From Takakia lepidozioides (lineage: Eukaryota; Plantae; Bryophyta), in contig CM060734.1 in NCBI GenBank assembly GCA_030704615.1, positions 15,190,001-15,254,000 of the forward strand: a stretch of DNA of 64,000 nucleotides. Direction: 5' to 3'. The translations under genes were made by a program, and so were the position numbers. Of the stretch, positions 59,951-64,000 are shown in pieces. Every line of letters starts with the position of its first letter. The stretch's first letter is position 1. The notes beneath the pieces were generated by a model. The model did not search any database and was not told the DNA's origin. It saw only the letters and a list, made by a program, of their open reading frames with translations.

Positions 59951-61020
59951 CTATGAGAAGAGACAAGGCTTCTCTGACTCCAATGCCCTCCCAAATTGCG
60001 GCAAAATTGCTTTCTCTCCCACAATTGGCAATGCCTCCCGCATGTACTGTTATCTCCCAGTCAGATGTGACCCAAAAATATTGGGGTGATTTAACGTATG
60101 TCGGGTTTGCGGCATGTATGCCATGCATTCCTCTGGCTGCATCCCACAACAAATTTTTGCCCCAATGCACACAATTGAGAAATGTAAATGGGTGCCCACC
60201 TAATGGGAGGTTGTGCCAATTGTATTCAAAACCTATTGGCATAATATCCTCCAAGCCCACCAGCTCACAGAAACGGCGATGGATTGGTACACGACATTCT
60301 GGGCAAGCGCCTATCCGCAAGGATGTCTAGATAAGACACGTAGGATGGAACATATGTCCACATGATCTAAGCACATGACATCCCTCTGGGCCGTAAAGAT
60401 TCATGCACATCGAACAAAGTGTGTCATTTGATATCCATGACGGCAAAATGTCTCATGGTATCTCCTCCCTCTCGGCCGCGTCGATATGGCTGCTCATCCT
60501 TGTTGTGGTGTCTCACTCCTTCTCTATCTCTAATTCCCAGTTTATGCTTCTGTTCGATTTCAAAATTATGTGCTCACATTGATCGAACATAGATTCCACA
60601 TCTGCCCAATTGGTATACCCGACAAACATGCTTGATGCGTTTGCATGTTGTCATAAATGCTATCCACGCTACGGTTTGACATACATGCGACACGTTGCAA
60701 AGCTGACAGTGCCCGCTCTACCCGTGCTTCTCTGGAGGCCAGGTGGGTCGCCCATTGTACCCAATTCTCCCAATCGTCATCCAATGGCACCCATGCTCGA
60801 ATCTCCAATGCTTTTGACAAGCGCCATGCAGTTGTCATGGCAATGTCCTGCTCCCTTGTAACACGATCGACATCAGACCTGGTATCGGATTGAATGGCTA
60901 CCCTCAAGCATTCCCCGATTTCCACTACTGGTTCTTTTTCTTTTCTTCTTCTCTCATTCGCAATTCGCTGTTCCTCAACCATGGTTTTATCGGCCGCAAG
61001 GTCAAGGACATCGGGCGCGC
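59950..61020 (-). pseudogene. Coiled-coil plus RING-H2 finger pseudogene
   Basis: Minus strand ~60416-60291 reads CSMCMNLYGPEGCHVLRSCGHMFHPTCLI*TSLRIGACPECR (C3H2C3). Charged helical region upstream. Confidence 0.7.
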
Positions 61021-61024
61021 GGTC

Positions 61025-64000
61025 GATAAGCCAATATATTTTTGTGGAAAAATCTTGTTTTGGTGGGAGTAGCTTCTGTGGGTATGTCTTTGGGGTAGAG
61101 TACTTGCTCCATAGCCATGTTAATCTATCGTTGGGGATAAGCCCTATGTAGCAGCCATTTTGTGCATATATACTAGAAAGGCGGGGGCCCATGCGGATTA
61201 GTGGTTGAGCATGTTGGATATCTTTGTCCGGATAACATTCAGCTATGTATATGTGTACGTTGGGGGCCGAGATCGGCTTATGAATGTACATGTTGTCTGT
61301 ATGCTGGATGGGGGTGGCGTGTTGTTGGTGAATATATGTTAGGTAGTCAATATTAGTGGTTTTGTAGAACATGGTGAGAAGGGTGAGATTGTGGTCTGGG
61401 TCACAATCATCATGTGGGCCGAATATGTGGCCCCGAAGGCGTCAGTTGACATTTGGGTTTTAATACCTAGTATGGCTTCAATGACATAGGCATCAAGGTT
61501 ATCAGAGTTATGCGGGGAGGTAGGGTGGGGCATTATGGGGGATAGTGGGGGGTGGGTGGGAGTGTCTTGTGTATTGGCTGGGGAGGTTAGTGTTAGGGAA
61601 GAGTTGCTGGTTGGCATAATATGTTGCATGGCAGGTATTTGAGGAAGGGGATCAGGTTCCATAGATGCGGGGGGGGTGTTAGCGGTGTTTGATGTGCAAA
61701 GTTTGTGGTAAATGGAGGTGGTTGGATGGTCCTATATTGAGGGAGCAAATCTTGGGCCGTGTGTGGGTAGTAAGGGCAGGGAAGATCACAATCAAGGCTA
61801 GTTTTGGTTGTAGCACGCGAAAATTTAGTAGTGAATTCACTTGGCCTTAAAAGTCGGCAACCTGTTGCTGTGATAAGTTGGGTGAGGGTAGTAATGTGGC
61901 GCTCTTTGAAGTAAGTGAGGATGGGAATTTTTTGTTTTGGGTGAGAGAGTTCGACTCGTGATAGGAAAGGACTTGTGATCCATGCGCGTTCCAATGGTGA
62001 AGAGGTGTTGTGGTAGCCCGGTAGGTCTGTTTGTATTCTTATTTTCATTTGGCGGAGGATGAGTAGTGTACGCGCAGTGGGGGAATGTAGGCAAGCTTGT
62101 GGGTGTAAGGATGACAATGAGTGAAGACCATTGTATTTTTGGGCAAAGAATCTGAGGAGCCCCTGATAGATGATACCAAGGCGCCCATGATCATTTAGTG
62201 CTTCTGTCAACTGTGTGCCTAATGTGCGGGCGTACGAAATAATTAATGGGCTTGAGCCAATCCCATGGCTATCGGTTGGGAGTTGCGGTAGGGCATTGGG
62301 GGTGTTCACTGGTAAACCGCATACTCGTTTGGTAAGATGAATGATTTTTTTGTCGAGTTTTTTGATATCTGGTAGGGAGAAGGGTGCAGCGTGGAATGCA
62401 TATTGAATTTGGGTTTGTAAAATGATTGAATAATTGATAGTTTGGGGCGAATGGCAATTGGGGATTTGAGTAGGGCCAAGCTTTTGTCAGTGAGTTTGGA
62501 TGTTGTAGATTCTTTCTGTATGTGCCAAGTGAGAGAAGGTACTAATTGAATTCCTAGATAAGTGTATGGCTCATCCGACCCTAGGAAGGGGAAATGTTTG
62601 TTTTGGTAATGGACATATAGTTTACAGTGAGAAACGATGGAGGTTTTAGTGAGTCGACTGTGGTGTGTGACGGCTGTGATAGCACATTTGTGTAGGCTTA
62701 GTTCCATGCCTGACCATTGGTTGAATCTAAATAATTTGGTGACTTGTCTGTTTAGATGTTGAGGTTTACGTGCGAGAATAGCGAGGTCATCTGCGTATGC
62801 TGCGGCGGAGATGTTGCTTGAAGAGGTTTTGTATTGATAACCTAGCTTGGCACGGGCCAACCATCTGAGTAGGGGTTCCAAGAATACAATGAAGAGATAA
62901 GGGCTTAAGGTGGCTCTTTGGATAGTGCCTCGTAATATTGGAATAGGTGGGGTGGAGCCATAATATGCTCCAGAGTACTCTGTTGTACTATTTGTGTAGA
63001 TGTTTCCTATGAGTTGGATGGCATCAATGGGGTATCCAAGATCAGTCATAATAGAGAGTAGTCTTGCGTGATCTAGAGAGCCAAAGGCATTTTAAAAATC
63101 GATATATAGGAGATATATGTCTTGCTTAGTAACTTTGGCATCTTCAAGGGCGGATAGTACATATTGTATTTGTCGGGTTGTACTGCGCGTAGCTTGGAAT
63201 CCTTCTCAGGGGTCACTTAGAATGCGGTGTTGTTCGCCATAGTTGGACAGCATGGTGGTTAGCGTGTTGGTAAATAGTTTGTATATGGTATTGGCTAGAG
63301 CTATGGGTCTATAGTTGCTAAGATCCGTTGGGTCACCTTTTTTAAAGAGTAAAATGGTGCGACTATGCTTCCAGGTGTGTGGTATGCGCTGTAGTTTATA
63401 ACATAGTTGGAAAAATTTAAAAATGAGGTGATGGAGTTGAGGGTCGAGTGCTTGAAGTATAGCGCTAGGTATCAGATCGGGGCCTGGGGCTTTAGATTTG
63501 GATAGTTTTTTAAGACAAGATTCATAGAGGTCGGGTGTAAGGAGGTCGAGGATACGATCGGTGGGGGAGCCTCTATTGTCTATTGAGAAGCCGTCTATGT
63601 CATGCCATGGGTAGTGTTTAGCTTTACACATGCAATGAGCAGTGTGGAGATTGGGATGTAGGCAGTTGGTAACTGTGGGTGTGTAGGTGGAGGATGTTTG
63701 TGACCATATTTCTAGGTTGATATCTTTTGGGTCAGTTAGCAGGTGCCCAAGTCGGTATTTGATGCAGTCGATAGGTGGGTTGAGGGCAGGATTGAAGATG
63801 GCTTTGTGGGCTTTTTTGGGGTGGTCATGTAGTAGTTGGTTAAAGGAGGAGACAATTTTTTTGTGGTTGTCGGTAGCTTTTTGTTTAGTGATGTTGTACG
63901 TGGCTTTCTTGGCATCTCTTCCAACTTTAGAGAGTGCAGCTATCCAGTTAGGAATTTCGTGGGGATTGTTAGGTGGAAGGGTAAGTGATTGGTACATTTT
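61025..64000 (-). mobile_element. LINE reverse transcriptase region (Dualen/RandI-like), decayed; continues beyond window
   Basis: KAPGPD, LFKKGDPTDLSNYRPIAL, QEGF, YIDF*NAFGS, GTIQ..TLSPYLF..FLEPLLRWL, AYADDL, YTYLGI. Confidence 0.88.

Noticed and set aside
60566-61372. 268-aa ORF as one gene
   Set aside because: It is a chance fusion across the junction (~61020) between the LINE and the RING-containing sequence. ORF 18524..19207 similarly crosses the LINE/PLE junction.

Overview
This is a transposon-dense, heterochromatin-like window from a plant nuclear genome. PLS-class PPR fragments and the TE families present suggest a non-seed land plant (inference). No intact host gene is evident. 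From left to right: (1) a Ty3/gypsy LTR retrotransposon (1-7692) whose polyprotein has a complete DNMT3-like C5-cytosine methyltransferase domain between protease and RT, plus a PHD finger after the integrase. It appears inserted in the primer-binding site of (2) a Galadriel-like chromovirus (7693-13910). (3) An RNase H fragment of a LINE. (4) Two inverted copies of a two-ORF Penelope-like element with no visible endonuclease, carrying pseudo-LTRs (19114-24599 +, 49954-56692 -), each next to divergent pLTR relatives. (5) A CACTA transposase pseudogene with a divergently oriented SET-domain remnant. (6) A truncated non-chromovirus gypsy cut by a CACTA terminus. (7) A mosaic of PPR, OSB/PDF-motif and DUF2921 gene fragments, tandemly amplified and inverted, containing a tRNA-derived SINE. 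(8) A spliced, decayed beta-class (N4C/N6A-type) DNA amino-methyltransferase-like gene. (9) A complete non-autonomous CACTA, a RING-H2 pseudogene and a LINE RT. The main theme is mobile elements carrying their own chromatin writers and readers. All domain calls come from reading motifs by eye; no searches were run.
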